This document shows, in pieces, positions 20,550 through 30,448 of a stretch of 64,000 nt of DNA (its first letter is position 1; each line of letters starts with the position of its first letter). Made by a program: the position numbers and the translations under genes. Under the pieces are notes generated by a model. The model worked only from the letters and a program-made list of their open reading frames with translations, had not been told where the DNA came from and ran no database searches. Origin of the DNA: Cyanobacteria bacterium P01_A01_bin.123 (lineage in GTDB: Bacteria > Cyanobacteriota > Cyanobacteriia > Phormidesmidales > Phormidesmidaceae); contig JBCBZT010000031.1 in NCBI GenBank assembly GCA_039815185.1, positions 34,094 through 98,093 on the forward strand, given 5' to 3'.

Positions 20550-23078
20550 CTAAGTGGGTATCGGTTGCAGTCGCCGATATCCACCTAATCCAAACACCCA
20601 CACCCCGACAACGATCCAGTGGATCAGCGTTGGCAACCACAGCGACCCCGTTTGCAAATAAACCAGACTGCAAGTGAGTCCCAATAAACCAGCCAGGGTC
20701 AGAAAGCTGGGGTCAAAAAAGGTCGGCTTCCCGGTTGGATAAAACGTCAGGGCGTTGAGCGGGTGGTACACCACAAATAACGCCAAGCTAATGGCGAGCC
20801 AAATCCCCAGGGTGTGGGGCTGTACCGCTTCAGTGGGGTGGGGCAACAGCAGCACGCGAAACACAACTTCTTCTAACAGCGCCGGCAAAATCAGCAGCTT
20901 TAGCCATCCGCGAACCAGGGCATCGGGGGCGAGGCCCAAATCTTTAATTGGGTTTGTCGGCTGTAAAAATTCCCGCCAGCGACCGATGGGCCAAGCGATC
21001 GCACCGTAAATCCCTAACCCCACCAAGGTCACCCCCCAGTCTCGCCACCCAGGCAGTCGTAAACTTTCAAACAGTCTTGAAAAGGCGGTGGGAATGACGA
21101 CATACTGACCCAACAGTTCGGTGGGGGCGAGTGGTTCAATCGTTGGGTCAACCCCGCCGACTTGTTGGGTGCGCAAAATCCACAGTTCGGCCCCCTGATT
21201 GAGAAAGATATTGGCTAACTCGTCGTAGGCCACGCGCGGAATAACCGTGCGCCAGCTTAGCAGTGAGGTCAACCAGTTGGGTTGATTGCCCAGGTCGCGA
21301 TTGGGGCGAATCCCCGCCAACACTTGCGAATTTTGTCGCCAGTCGGGGCGTAAAATGCCCAGCGGTACCAGTTTGTTGATCAGCAGTTCCCTCAGCGCCA
21401 CCAGTTGGGCAAACCGCTGGGTTTGAACGTCATTGGGGTGGTCTTGTAGCCACTGGCCAATTTCTGGGGTGGCTTGCACTAGGCGTTCTAGTTGGGCGAT
21501 GGTTTCCACCACGGCCTGGCTCGAATCTTGGACACAAGACTGGGCGGGTTTGACAATCGCTGCCCCAGTACCGTCTCCCGTGCGGTAGCGGGCCATCATA
21601 ATGTTGAGCTGCCGCTGTAGTTCAGCCATCGGTGACAGGGTAATCTCGCCAAATCGATAGTCTTGAGTCAGCGCCTCTAGTTTGACCAGCGTATCGGCGA
21701 CGGGGCGTAGCCCCAGCCAACCCCGCTGCAAATGTCCCATGTAGTCAGCCCAGCTGATTTTGCCCGCCACAATCCCGTCTGGGTTGTGGGCATAAACCTG
21801 GTTGTAGGTCATCTCAAATCGGGGCATTTGGGTAAAAGGATCGGTAACGACCTCAGCTACGCCGTAGGCAAAGTGACCGCTTACCGTCCCCGGCAGCGCT
21901 TTGGGTTCGGCCCTTTCGCCGCCCACGCCACCAAAGATGTGAATTGCCAAAGCGCGATCGCCCACTTGCCAATTGGGTGAGTCGGGGGCGGCCTTAGGAT
22001 CGCTGGGGTCAAGCCAAACAGTTTGCAGGCTCCCTTTCCGTTCCGGGGTGTCGCGCCAGTTGCGAAAGTTGACGTAGTTGAGGCTGGGGATTTCGCCCGC
22101 GATCGCGGTTTGGAGGTCAAGCAAAAATAATGACCGGGGCGCGATCGCCCGCACTACAAACAGGCCATCGCGATCCTGCGCCCCGTAGATGTACCACCCA
22201 TCACTGCCTGCTGGAGACGCCTCCAGATCAGCCGGGGTCGATTGAAACCTGCCGCTGGCAGGTAACACCTGGGGAATGCGGACTGTTTCTTCTACCCCGT
22301 CAAACTGGCGAGAGACGGGGTTATAGTGGCGTACCCGAAACTGTTCGTTTACGCAGGGCTCAACCGTTGGACATTGTGCAGCCCGAATCGCTTCGGTGTC
22401 ATCAGCTTCAGGCCCCAAAACTTGCACCAGACCGTAGAACCGAGCCGGAACCTGCACCGGGGCGCTGTCAATTTGCAGCTCGTCCCTAGGCGTCTGAGTA
22501 ACCCCAGCTAAGGCAACAATGACATCGTCTTGAGGCCGTGCCCCGGCTAAAGATTGCAGTGGTCCAACCTGGGGCCAGCCGTTGAGCCGTTCCGGGTGGA
22601 CATTGCCTTGGTGCTGATGGGCGATCGCTTCTGCGCTAAACTGAATGCTGCGAGTCACCGTATCCAGATAGGCCTGCCGATCAGGCGTAACCCGCCATTC
22701 TAATCGTAAGATTTGCCCAATCAGGGTTTGCGCTTCCGGGGGAGCTTGGTAAATCTCTACCCAGACCCAGTCTAAGCGTTGAGGTTCCGCTTGAATTTGG
22801 TCGGGGCTGGGCAAAATCAGCCGCCCGACCCAGGGCGCAACGGGGCGATAGAGATCTAAATCGACGGATTGGGAAACGGGATAATAGCTGGGGTCGTTGA
22901 AGGGAGATTCGGATGCGATCGCGTACTTAGAAAGTTTCGCTGGGGGTAAATCGCTCTCGTGGGCAGCACCGCACCCTACTGTAATCGCCATCATCAGCCA
23001 AAAAGCTAGGCTGCAAACAACCCAGCGATACCAGCGGGACTGTTGCCAGCGTCGGCGCAAACGGCTAAGCATAACCAA
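20550..23078 (-). CDS. Large protein with a C-terminal CPBP (Abi/CAAX) intramembrane protease domain
   Basis: PALLEEVVFR, FVVYHP, TGSLWLPTLIHW in the last ~170 aa; ~650-aa N-terminal domain follows a signal/lipobox-like segment. Confidence 0.8.
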   Translation of the reverse strand: MVMLSRLRRRWQQSRWYRWVVCSLAFWLMMAITVGCGAAHESDLPPAKLSKYAIASESPFNDPSYYPVSQSVDLDLYRPVAPWVGRLILPSPDQIQAEPQRLDWVWVEIYQAPPEAQTLIGQILRLEWRVTPDRQAYLDTVTRSIQFSAEAIAHQHQGNVHPERLNGWPQVGPLQSLAGARPQDDVIVALAGVTQTPRDELQIDSAPVQVPARFYGLVQVLGPEADDTEAIRAAQCPTVEPCVNEQFRVRHYNPVSRQFDGVEETVRIPQVLPASGRFQSTPADLEASPAGSDGWYIYGAQDRDGLFVVRAIAPRSLFLLDLQTAIAGEIPSLNYVNFRNWRDTPERKGSLQTVWLDPSDPKAAPDSPNWQVGDRALAIHIFGGVGGERAEPKALPGTVSGHFAYGVAEVVTDPFTQMPRFEMTYNQVYAHNPDGIVAGKISWADYMGHLQRGWLGLRPVADTLVKLEALTQDYRFGEITLSPMAELQRQLNIMMARYRTGDGTGAAIVKPAQSCVQDSSQAVVETIAQLERLVQATPEIGQWLQDHPNDVQTQRFAQLVALRELLINKLVPLGILRPDWRQNSQVLAGIRPNRDLGNQPNWLTSLLSWRTVIPRVAYDELANIFLNQGAELWILRTQQVGGVDPTIEPLAPTELLGQYVVIPTAFSRLFESLRLPGWRDWGVTLVGLGIYGAIAWPIGRWREFLQPTNPIKDLGLAPDALVRGWLKLLILPALLEEVVFRVLLLPHPTEAVQPHTLGIWLAISLALFVVYHPLNALTFYPTGKPTFFDPSFLTLAGLLGLTCSLVYLQTGSLWLPTLIHWIVVGVWVFGLGGYRRLQPIPT

Positions 23079-23176
23079 CCAAGCGGAAATTTACCGCCAT
23101 ACCGTACCACAAATAGTTATCATCATCAGCCTCATAAAATATCTAGAAAAGCTGAGCTTACCTTGATCCAAATCGA

Positions 23177-23740
23177 TTAAACTCGTAACCAGCCAAACAG
23201 CTTTTCGACAGTAATGCTCAGCATTTCTGCAAAGTCAGGAGCCATTATCTCAGCTGTTGGTTGACTAAATAATTTAGGTTGACGATGTCTGGGATAGGCT
23301 AAAACAGACCGTTCTTCCGGATCGACAAGCCATCCCATCTGGCAACCATGCTCTAAGCAGTGCAAGATATTGTCAGTTACTTTCGTTGTACTTTGGTTAG
23401 GTGAAAGAATCTCAATCACCCAATCGGGACAGATGGGAAAAACATTGGCAATATCCCCACTTTCATCTACTGGAATGCGACTTTTGAGGACGACGACAAT
23501 ATCAGGAACGATAGAGCGACCAGCAAAGGTGCAACGGAGTTCAGGAAAGGACTCAGCAACATTGTCAGATTCGACGACATCATTGATCGCATTGATCAGT
23601 TTTCGTTGCAGTCGGCTATGCTTTCCCTGAGGCATGGGTTTTTGAATAACTTGCCCATTGATATATTCACTGGCTGGAGCTGTTTCGGGCAGTTCAAGGA
23701 ATGCCTGCAAACTTATGGATTTGGCGGGTGTCTGCACCAT
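23177..23740 (-). CDS. Uma2 family (DUF820) endonuclease-fold protein
   Basis: EYINGQVIQKPMPQGKHS, VPDIVV, PDWVIEILSP, GWLVDP. Confidence 0.92.
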   Translation of the reverse strand: MVQTPAKSISLQAFLELPETAPASEYINGQVIQKPMPQGKHSRLQRKLINAINDVVESDNVAESFPELRCTFAGRSIVPDIVVVLKSRIPVDESGDIANVFPICPDWVIEILSPNQSTTKVTDNILHCLEHGCQMGWLVDPEERSVLAYPRHRQPKLFSQPTAEIMAPDFAEMLSITVEKLFGWLRV

Positions 23741-23807
23741 AGGGGCTGGCCAGTGAAAACGGTTGAGGATATTCTAGCGTAGCAGCCTCCACGAGCTAGA
23801 GTGAGTC

Positions 23808-24314
23808 CTATGAAGCTTCTGCTGGAAGTGCTTTTGCCCGTTCTTTAAAGCTTTCAAAATTAATCACATCTGAGGCTTTTGCGGCATCCCAAATGTCTTG
23901 AATCACATCCGATAGCGGCGGCAACACCAGCAGCACCAATTGTCCAACCCCTTGATTTTGACGGTCGGCCACCTTCATGAGGTGGGGCATATCAGACCAG
24001 TCGGGCATCACCAAAAATACTTCATTGTCTGTTGCCACCAAGTGTTTATCGTGCAGGCTGCTGTTAAGGTCTTGGGCGTCGAGAAACTGCACAATCTTCC
24101 GCACCATTTGCAGTGAAATCTTTTGACGTAGATTGCTAATTGCCCGAATTTCCATCACCTGTTCCCAAGTGTAAATCACCGTCGGCTTCTTAGAATTGCC
24201 GTACTTTTGCGGCACGATTACACTGGTGCGGTCGAGGTAGGCCAAACGGCTCGATGTAGTGCGGGTGAGGGCTATGGTTTCTTGACGAGTGAAGCCTTCC
24301 ATCGGAATGGACAT
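23808..24314 (-). CDS. MerR-like HTH transcriptional regulator (start may be 24302)
   Basis: FTRQETIALT...RLAYLDRTSVIVP...YTWEQVMEIRAISNLR..ISLQMVRK matches the MerR winged-HTH pattern. Confidence 0.7.
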   Translation of the reverse strand: MSIPMEGFTRQETIALTRTTSSRLAYLDRTSVIVPQKYGNSKKPTVIYTWEQVMEIRAISNLRQKISLQMVRKIVQFLDAQDLNSSLHDKHLVATDNEVFLVMPDWSDMPHLMKVADRQNQGVGQLVLLVLPPLSDVIQDIWDAAKASDVINFESFKERAKALPAEAS

Positions 24315-24317
24315 ATA

Positions 24318-24362
24318 GTACGTTGTTTACCATGATACCCAACGTACACACCCATAAACGTT
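24318..24362. promoter_or_regulatory. Putative operator upstream of the MerR-like gene
   Basis: Inverted repeat GTACGTTG-N14-CAACGTAC (24318-24347) overlapping AACGTACAC-N5-TAAACGTT (24341-24362). Confidence 0.5.
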
Positions 24363-24365
24363 GTT

Positions 24366-24797
24366 TTATTCTTTAACGAATTCAACGATGTTGCCATCAG
24401 GATCTGCAACCATCGCGATGGTTGTGCCATTGCCGAGTTGGGTAATCGGTATGGTGACACTGATCTTGTTCTGTTCCATCTTTCTCATGATCGCATCTAT
24501 GTCTGAAACAAGCAGGGTGATGTATCTATAGCCGAAGGCTGTCGGGATGCCTGTTGGACTCTGATGGGAGGGTATTTGATCCATCTCTAAGAGCTTAATC
24601 AACGACTGACCATGCTGGAGTTGAATCAACCGCCCTTTGCCAATCAGCGAGGTGGTAACTTCCCCGACGACCTGCAAACCGATTAAGTCACGATAAAAGC
24701 CAAGGGCTTGTTCCATGTTGGTTACAACAACCCCAACATCAATGGCGATTCGTGGGAGCGAAACGGGTTCAGTTTGGGTTGAATTAACGACATCCAT
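24366..24797 (-). CDS. VOC/glyoxalase family protein
   Basis: VVVTNMEQALGFYRDLIGL; C-terminal DPDGNIVEF. Confidence 0.88.
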   Translation of the reverse strand: MDVVNSTQTEPVSLPRIAIDVGVVVTNMEQALGFYRDLIGLQVVGEVTTSLIGKGRLIQLQHGQSLIKLLEMDQIPSHQSPTGIPTAFGYRYITLLVSDIDAIMRKMEQNKISVTIPITQLGNGTTIAMVADPDGNIVEFVKE

Positions 24798-24818
24798 AGG
24801 TGTTGCAAGGTCGGTTGA

Positions 24819-25328
24819 CTATATCTTCATCTTCAACACTTTGCGAAACGCGACCTTATCATCACCCGCTGCGTAAAAATCGCGGATGCGCGCTTCCTCC
24901 TTGAAGCCGCATTTTGCGTAAAACATTCGCGTGCGCTCGAAGTCTGGCAGTCCTGAGGTGTCCACCAGCAGCAAACGTCCACCGCGGGCTATCAATGTCT
25001 GCTCGACGTAGCTTAGCAGTTTCGTTCCGCGTCCTTGACCCTGGCGATCGGGATGAATGGCGATCAATTGTAGGTTCCAAGTCTGGTCTGTCATCCGTTC
25101 TGGTTCGCAGTAGGCCACGCCCACCGGGCCATTATCGTCGTCTGTAATCCAAAAGGGGGCCGTGGCGCTGTCTTGGTCTAAAGCATCGGCCAACATCTGG
25201 CGCAACAGATCTAATCCACTCGGCGGGAAGAGGCCAGTTGCATCTGCTAAAGCAATCAGGGCGGTTGTGTCATCGGGGGTGGTTGGGCGAATCATGGGGC
25301 AATCGCGATTAGGATCGATAAATCCCAT
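24819..25328 (-). CDS. GNAT N-acetyltransferase
   Basis: IAIHPDRQGQGRGTKLL acetyl-CoA motif; FYAKCGF. Confidence 0.9.
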   Translation of the reverse strand: MGFIDPNRDCPMIRPTTPDDTTALIALADATGLFPPSGLDLLRQMLADALDQDSATAPFWITDDDNGPVGVAYCEPERMTDQTWNLQLIAIHPDRQGQGRGTKLLSYVEQTLIARGGRLLLVDTSGLPDFERTRMFYAKCGFKEEARIRDFYAAGDDKVAFRKVLKMKI

Positions 25329-25417
25329 TTATCGTACTACAAAATACTACAAATGCGGATTGCCTGATTTTGTAGGTTCAAAGATAGTTGATGCAGCTTG
25401 CCAGACGCGCGATCGCC

Positions 25418-27010
25418 CTAGATTTGTAGCGTTTGGCGCAACCGAACCTGGTCTTCAGGAATCATGCTAAACCGACCTTTTTCGACATCACGTACCCAAC
25501 TCTGGCTTTTGCCAAGGCGTTCGGCTAGGGCACGTTGGGTAAAGTTTTGGCGTTGGCGAGCCGCTTTGATGGCGCTCCCCGAGAGTTGCGCGACTTGGGT
25601 TTTAGGAGACTGTCGGCGTTGACGCTTGGGTTCGCGACGACGTACGGTTTGTTGCCAGTCTTCCGACAGCTCAAACCCTAAGATTCGAGCATTCAGCAAC
25701 CGCTGCCATTTGTCTCGGGGTGCTGTATCTGTCAGGCTGCGGGCCTGATTGGCATCTTTGACCCAAAAATCGAGGGCATCGTCCACATCGTCAGGAATAT
25801 CAACGGCCTTGGCCCACAACGGCTGAATATCAAGCGGATAGGTCTCTGGATCAAATACGGGTTTTAGACCGTAGTAGTAAATGGTTTCCAGGTCGCTTTC
25901 AAAGGTCTTGAGCAAACGCTTGTGAGCGCCTCGCACGGTGGTTGCCTCAGTTAATCGTGTTTCACCATAGGCGATGCGTAGCAGGGTACGCACGGTTAAT
26001 CGATGGTCACCCCCCAATCGCAGCTTAAACAACAACCACAGGAGCAAGCGGATAGCGCCTTCATGTTGCTGCCAGTTGCTCATGATTTCTGTCAGCAGGG
26101 ATTGGGGTAAGGTGCCGTACTGGTAGAAGGCGATTTGGCGACGGTAGTCTCGCTTGTTGAGAAAGTGTTGAGACCAGATACCAGCTTGCAGCGTAAAGCT
26201 GAGGCCGATCAGGTGGCGAGCGCCCTGGGCATCTTCTTCAAAATGATATTCGGTGTCCAGCAAATGCCAGATTGGATGTTCATCTAGGGTAAAGGCGGGG
26301 ACTTTGCCCTGGGAGGGCCAGTCGAGGGTGACGAGAAGCTGGCAAGATTGGTAAACCAGCGTTTTGATCAGGGTCAGTTTGTCGAGTTTGGTGAGGTCTT
26401 TGCGCTTATTGAGTCCTAAATATTGCTCAATGTGCTGATCGTTTAACACAAAAGACTCTTCCCAAGGGCAGTCGAGGGTGGCGGCGTAAGCGGCAAAAAT
26501 TAAGTGAATACAGGTGGCGCGGATATCAAAGTTTGCGATCGCATCTGTTGCCTCAGACTCAGCCATCGGCACTAGAGAGTCGGCTTCGGGGTCTGCCGCC
26601 AAGCGAAACTGCATTTCTCCTCGACCGCGATGCACCGAACGACGGTAGCAGAATTGGCCGTCGCTATGGGTGTGCCAAGGCTGTCGCTGAGCCAAAACAT
26701 TGCAGGCTTCCCAAACCACCATGGATGATGCGAAGGATGCCGTTTTGCCATTGAGGAAGATGGCAGGAATAGCGGGAGGTAGGAGGGTACTTTTGAGACG
26801 TCCTTTTTTGGGTTGCAGGGGTTTTAACGACCCGACGCTACAGGCTTCAACGCAGCGAGGAATTGCTAAATCTGGGCACCCATCGCACAGGGTGGGATCA
26901 ATCCAATAGCCTTCCCGTTCAGTTTCAGGTTTGATGGCCCCATTGGGGCATTGGGGCTGACAGCTATCGCAGATGATGCAGTTGTCTTTGATGGTATAAG
27001 GCATGGGCAA
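25418..27010 (-). CDS. cnfR: CnfR/PatB-like regulator: N-terminal 2x[4Fe-4S] ferredoxin domain, C-terminal XRE HTH
   Basis: CIICDSCQPQCP and CDGC...CVEAC; C-terminal TQRALAERLGKSQSWVRDVEKGR; 530-aa length and architecture match PatB/CnfR. Confidence 0.75.
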   Translation of the reverse strand: MPMPYTIKDNCIICDSCQPQCPNGAIKPETEREGYWIDPTLCDGCPDLAIPRCVEACSVGSLKPLQPKKGRLKSTLLPPAIPAIFLNGKTASFASSMVVWEACNVLAQRQPWHTHSDGQFCYRRSVHRGRGEMQFRLAADPEADSLVPMAESEATDAIANFDIRATCIHLIFAAYAATLDCPWEESFVLNDQHIEQYLGLNKRKDLTKLDKLTLIKTLVYQSCQLLVTLDWPSQGKVPAFTLDEHPIWHLLDTEYHFEEDAQGARHLIGLSFTLQAGIWSQHFLNKRDYRRQIAFYQYGTLPQSLLTEIMSNWQQHEGAIRLLLWLLFKLRLGGDHRLTVRTLLRIAYGETRLTEATTVRGAHKRLLKTFESDLETIYYYGLKPVFDPETYPLDIQPLWAKAVDIPDDVDDALDFWVKDANQARSLTDTAPRDKWQRLLNARILGFELSEDWQQTVRRREPKRQRRQSPKTQVAQLSGSAIKAARQRQNFTQRALAERLGKSQSWVRDVEKGRFSMIPEDQVRLRQTLQI

Positions 27011-27724
27011 AATTCACCTACTGATCAACTTGGTAGGCCGGGGGGCTATTGACTGGATTGATGGAAATGAATTGATAAACTCCTCTGTTAGCGCTGCTTG
27101 ATATCTCATGCAGGCAAATTCAGTAGGAAATAAACTAGCTAAACCCCATCCGATTTGAAACCTGGAGTTTTAACTTAAGGAAAAACTGTGGATCTGGATG
27201 TGGACGCGGTTTATCAGAAGTCGGCAGGACATTCTCCTGGTTGTGAACTCTGAAATTTAGCTCAATGAGAATGAGTTGAGTCAACTCTCTTAAAATTCTG
27301 ATTTTCCTCAGAGAAAATATTTTGCCTTGGGTAGTAGCCCAACTCGTTAACCATAGAGAAATAGGGTTAATAACGATTGATTGGGCAGTTATCACAAACG
27401 GTTATTATTTGAACCTCACGCTATTAGGGATAACAATCGAAGGGGGAGGCATTCTATGTCATTTGATACGGTTTAATACTTTTTTTAGACGTTGCTGAGG
27501 AGATGTTTAGAGTGGACTTTCTGGGGTTGGCGGTTAGTTACTCAGATCACGGTTTTCGAGGAAAAACGACCGATATTGATTTGATTTATGCTGTGCATTG
27601 AGAAAATTTAGAGACTACATTCAGCTCAAATGCTTTACATTCGTACAACATTTATTGTGTCTAGAGGTTGGTATTACGCTTATGACTGCTTGATTGACAA
27701 AATACCGGAAACCGTCATTTTTCC

Positions 27725-27755
27725 GTAGGTTGGCGTTGAGCAAAGCGAAACTCAA
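27725..27755 (+). repeat. GTAG-type REP-like palindrome
   Basis: GTAGGTTGGCG followed by the hairpin TTGAG-caaagcgaaa-CTCAA; single copy in window. Confidence 0.4.
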
Positions 27756-27800
27756 TAGCAAAGCAAGATTTGTCAATCAATCAGATTGGAGTCTTAATCA

Positions 27801-28196
27801 TCACGATGGCCACTCGGGGTACTGGGGCGCTTGCCCACCGATGTGATCCCATGGTGCTTTTGAGTCCACAAATATATGGGCCGCAATTTCGACCCCTGGA
27901 TCGCCGTTGACACAACCCAGCGTGACGCCTTTAACCGTGCCCCGAAAGATGCCGCACAGGGTTGAACCACAAACTCGACAGAAGGCTAGTCCCCAACCTT
28001 GCTTTGAGCTGAACTGTTGGAGTTTGTCTTCGCCAGCCGTCCACCGGAATTTGCTGGGGTCTGAAATTTCAGCAAAAGCGGATGATGCACCGCTAAATGC
28101 TTTGCGACAGCGAGAACAGTGACATGCCCTGGCGTTTGTCAGTGGGCTGTCTATTTCGTATTGGATCGCCCCACAGAAGCATTCACCTGTAATCAT
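27801..28196 (-). CDS. GFA (CENP-V) family Zn-binding protein
   Basis: GECFCGAI, CHCSRCRK, FCRVCGS, HIFVDSKAPW. Confidence 0.92.
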   Translation of the reverse strand: MITGECFCGAIQYEIDSPLTNARACHCSRCRKAFSGASSAFAEISDPSKFRWTAGEDKLQQFSSKQGWGLAFCRVCGSTLCGIFRGTVKGVTLGCVNGDPGVEIAAHIFVDSKAPWDHIGGQAPQYPEWPS

Positions 28197-28312
28197 GCTG
28201 TGGCCTCCAAGTAGGGACGGTCTTCAGTACACATTATGATGATTGGCTATTGAGTTGAGCAATTAAATTACATTATGGGCATAATCATTTTATTGAGGGG
28301 AGCGTTACCAAA

Positions 28313-29698
28313 ATGATTAATGACAGGTGTGAAGATAAGTTACTTCTGGAAAGGAGTCGCATTAGTTACGAAGAATTAAAGAAGCATTCTACTTATTCGG
28401 ATGCGTGGATTGCAATCAACGGTCTTGTTTACGATATTACAGATTTTATTCCCAAACACCCTTTTGGTGACACCTTTAGAGGAAGTTTGGGGACAGATTG
28501 TAGCGGTTTATTCTCATCTGCACACATCCATACTAATGTAGAAAACCTCATCACAAATGAACGGTTTTTGAAGGAAAATGGCATAAAGGTAGTGGGTCAT
28601 CTCGATATAGGCCAAGATTATTTATACAAAGATAACGACAGTAAATACCTGGATAGAATAATTTACAAAAAACTCTGTAATGATGAGTTTTGGTTGGAGC
28701 TAAAAACCAAGGTTCACGAATATTTGATAGAAAATAATGAGTCGACACACTACTCTACACTTGAAGGGACAATTTATCTTCTATATTATTCTATTATATT
28801 CGTATTGCTATCATATCTAACCTGGATAAATTTCTCAGCCTTTTCAGCAGTACTATTAGGATTCCATATGGTTTGTGCATCAGCAGGTATGTCCCATATG
28901 GTTGCACATTTTGGCTTCACAGGAAATAAGTTACTAAATTTCGTCGCTTTGCATCTTATGGATCTAGGCGGATACTCATGGTTAGAATGGCAAATTGCTC
29001 ATCAGACACATCATAATCAACCTCATTCATCCATAGATTATCAAACTAATCAATATGCCCCCATACGTATTCATAAGTATGTAGAATATAATAATCATCA
29101 CAAATACCAGTACATTTATTTTTGGATAGGGATTTTGTTTTATCATTCTCGCATTTTCCCCATGAGTACTATTTGGATGATTAAGAGTAGAGAGTTTGTG
29201 CGTCACAAATATGAGGTAATTGCACACATCTCTGCAAAAGTAGTCTTTCTTTCACTTGTCACTTATTGCGGATACCTGCACGGCGTTTGGAATGCCCTAA
29301 TCCTGTTAACCGTATATTCAATATCCTTCTCATTTTTCGCTTTCATCTTGCTCTACAATGATCATGAGGAAAACCATAATGTATTGGCGCTAAATGAAAA
29401 TGTAAATCTTTATCATAAGAAGTTTTCATGGGCTGAAGTTCAAGTCAGAACGTCTGGTAATTGGTATCCGACTAATTGGTTACTAGCCTTTGTCGAATTT
29501 CATTACGGCTACTTTAATTACCATATAGAACATCATTTGTTTCCAGCTTTTAAGCCAAGTTTATTGAAAAAGATAAGTCCAATCGTTAAACATGTATGCA
29601 ATAAATATGACATTCCATACATTTCAACATCATTTCTTGAGGTTCATAAATCATTTCAAGAACACATCAAGAAAATGGGACTTCCCCAGAATAATTAG
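28313..29698 (+). CDS. Cytochrome b5-fused membrane fatty acid desaturase
   Basis: WIAINGLVYDITDFIPKHPFG b5 domain; His boxes HMVAH, HQTHH, HIEHHLFP. Confidence 0.85.
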   Translation: MINDRCEDKLLLERSRISYEELKKHSTYSDAWIAINGLVYDITDFIPKHPFGDTFRGSLGTDCSGLFSSAHIHTNVENLITNERFLKENGIKVVGHLDIGQDYLYKDNDSKYLDRIIYKKLCNDEFWLELKTKVHEYLIENNESTHYSTLEGTIYLLYYSIIFVLLSYLTWINFSAFSAVLLGFHMVCASAGMSHMVAHFGFTGNKLLNFVALHLMDLGGYSWLEWQIAHQTHHNQPHSSIDYQTNQYAPIRIHKYVEYNNHHKYQYIYFWIGILFYHSRIFPMSTIWMIKSREFVRHKYEVIAHISAKVVFLSLVTYCGYLHGVWNALILLTVYSISFSFFAFILLYNDHEENHNVLALNENVNLYHKKFSWAEVQVRTSGNWYPTNWLLAFVEFHYGYFNYHIEHHLFPAFKPSLLKKISPIVKHVCNKYDIPYISTSFLEVHKSFQEHIKKMGLPQNN

Positions 29699-29969
29699 AG
29701 TTGAAACAAACTTGCCTTAAGGCATCACTTTTCCGATATGGTGGTAGCTGCTAGACAAAAAAGGAAACTCTAACAGCAACGATCATAACTTTCGAGGTAT
29801 CCTGAATAGACGAGCTAGAGATTGTTTGAGCGTTATACTCGATTGGCAACGGCATTCTGAAAATCATTTATGGCGCATGATCCGGTAGTGCGTCTCGCTT
29901 CTCTTTAAAGCCCGTTCCCGGCTGTTTATCCTCGTAGGCTTTTTATATCGTGCTTGGTTCTGAATCAAT

Positions 29970-30422
29970 TTACTTTTTCTTCCGGACATAGAGAATTTTT
30001 CTTACTTTGGCGACTAGGTCGCCATTTTGGTTCAGGACTCGAATGTCGAACTCAGGGAAGTAGGCATCTCCAGAGTTAGTATGATGTAAAATCTCCTCTA
30101 GATCATCTTTCTGTATAGAAATTGTGCTACTGACCGTGCCTTTACTAGGACTCACAAACTCTACCTTGGCGGCCTTATCCCAAACAATATAATCCTCGCC
30201 TAGAAGCTGCATTAGCATGAGCATCAAATGAGGATCTACCATTGAATATAAGCTCCCCCCGAAGTGGGTTCCAACTGCGTTCCGATTATAGCAATGCAGT
30301 TTCATGGAAACTCTGATTTCTGTCCAGTCGGGGCTGATGTAACGTACTCTTACTCCAGCACCAAGATACGGGCCGTAAAAATTTAAAAAAAGCTTTAAAA
30401 TTCGAGGGCTCAGTTTAAGCAC
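29970..30422 (-). CDS. Hotdog-fold thioesterase-like protein (DUF4442/YiiD_C)
   Basis: YGPYLGAGVRV, NRNAVGTHFGGSLYSMVDP, VWDKAA. Confidence 0.85.
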   Translation of the reverse strand: MLKLSPRILKLFLNFYGPYLGAGVRVRYISPDWTEIRVSMKLHCYNRNAVGTHFGGSLYSMVDPHLMLMLMQLLGEDYIVWDKAAKVEFVSPSKGTVSSTISIQKDDLEEILHHTNSGDAYFPEFDIRVLNQNGDLVAKVRKILYVRKKK

Positions 30423-30448
30423 GGATCAAAACTATACAACTTGGAGTA

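Noticed and set aside
23177..23740. Uma2 and the Abi-named CPBP gene as an anti-phage system
   Set aside because: Both families are abundant, scattered cyanobacterial genes, and there are no other defence genes or supporting context
27135..27395. 86-aa ORF upstream of the cnfR-like gene, and the many short antisense ORFs in the track
   Set aside because: No recognisable motifs; most lie opposite well-supported genes
24366..30422. Integron-like cassette array (VOC, GNAT, GFA, DUF4442)
   Set aside because: No integrase, mixed orientations, and no convincing RYYYAAC...GTTRRRY attC sites
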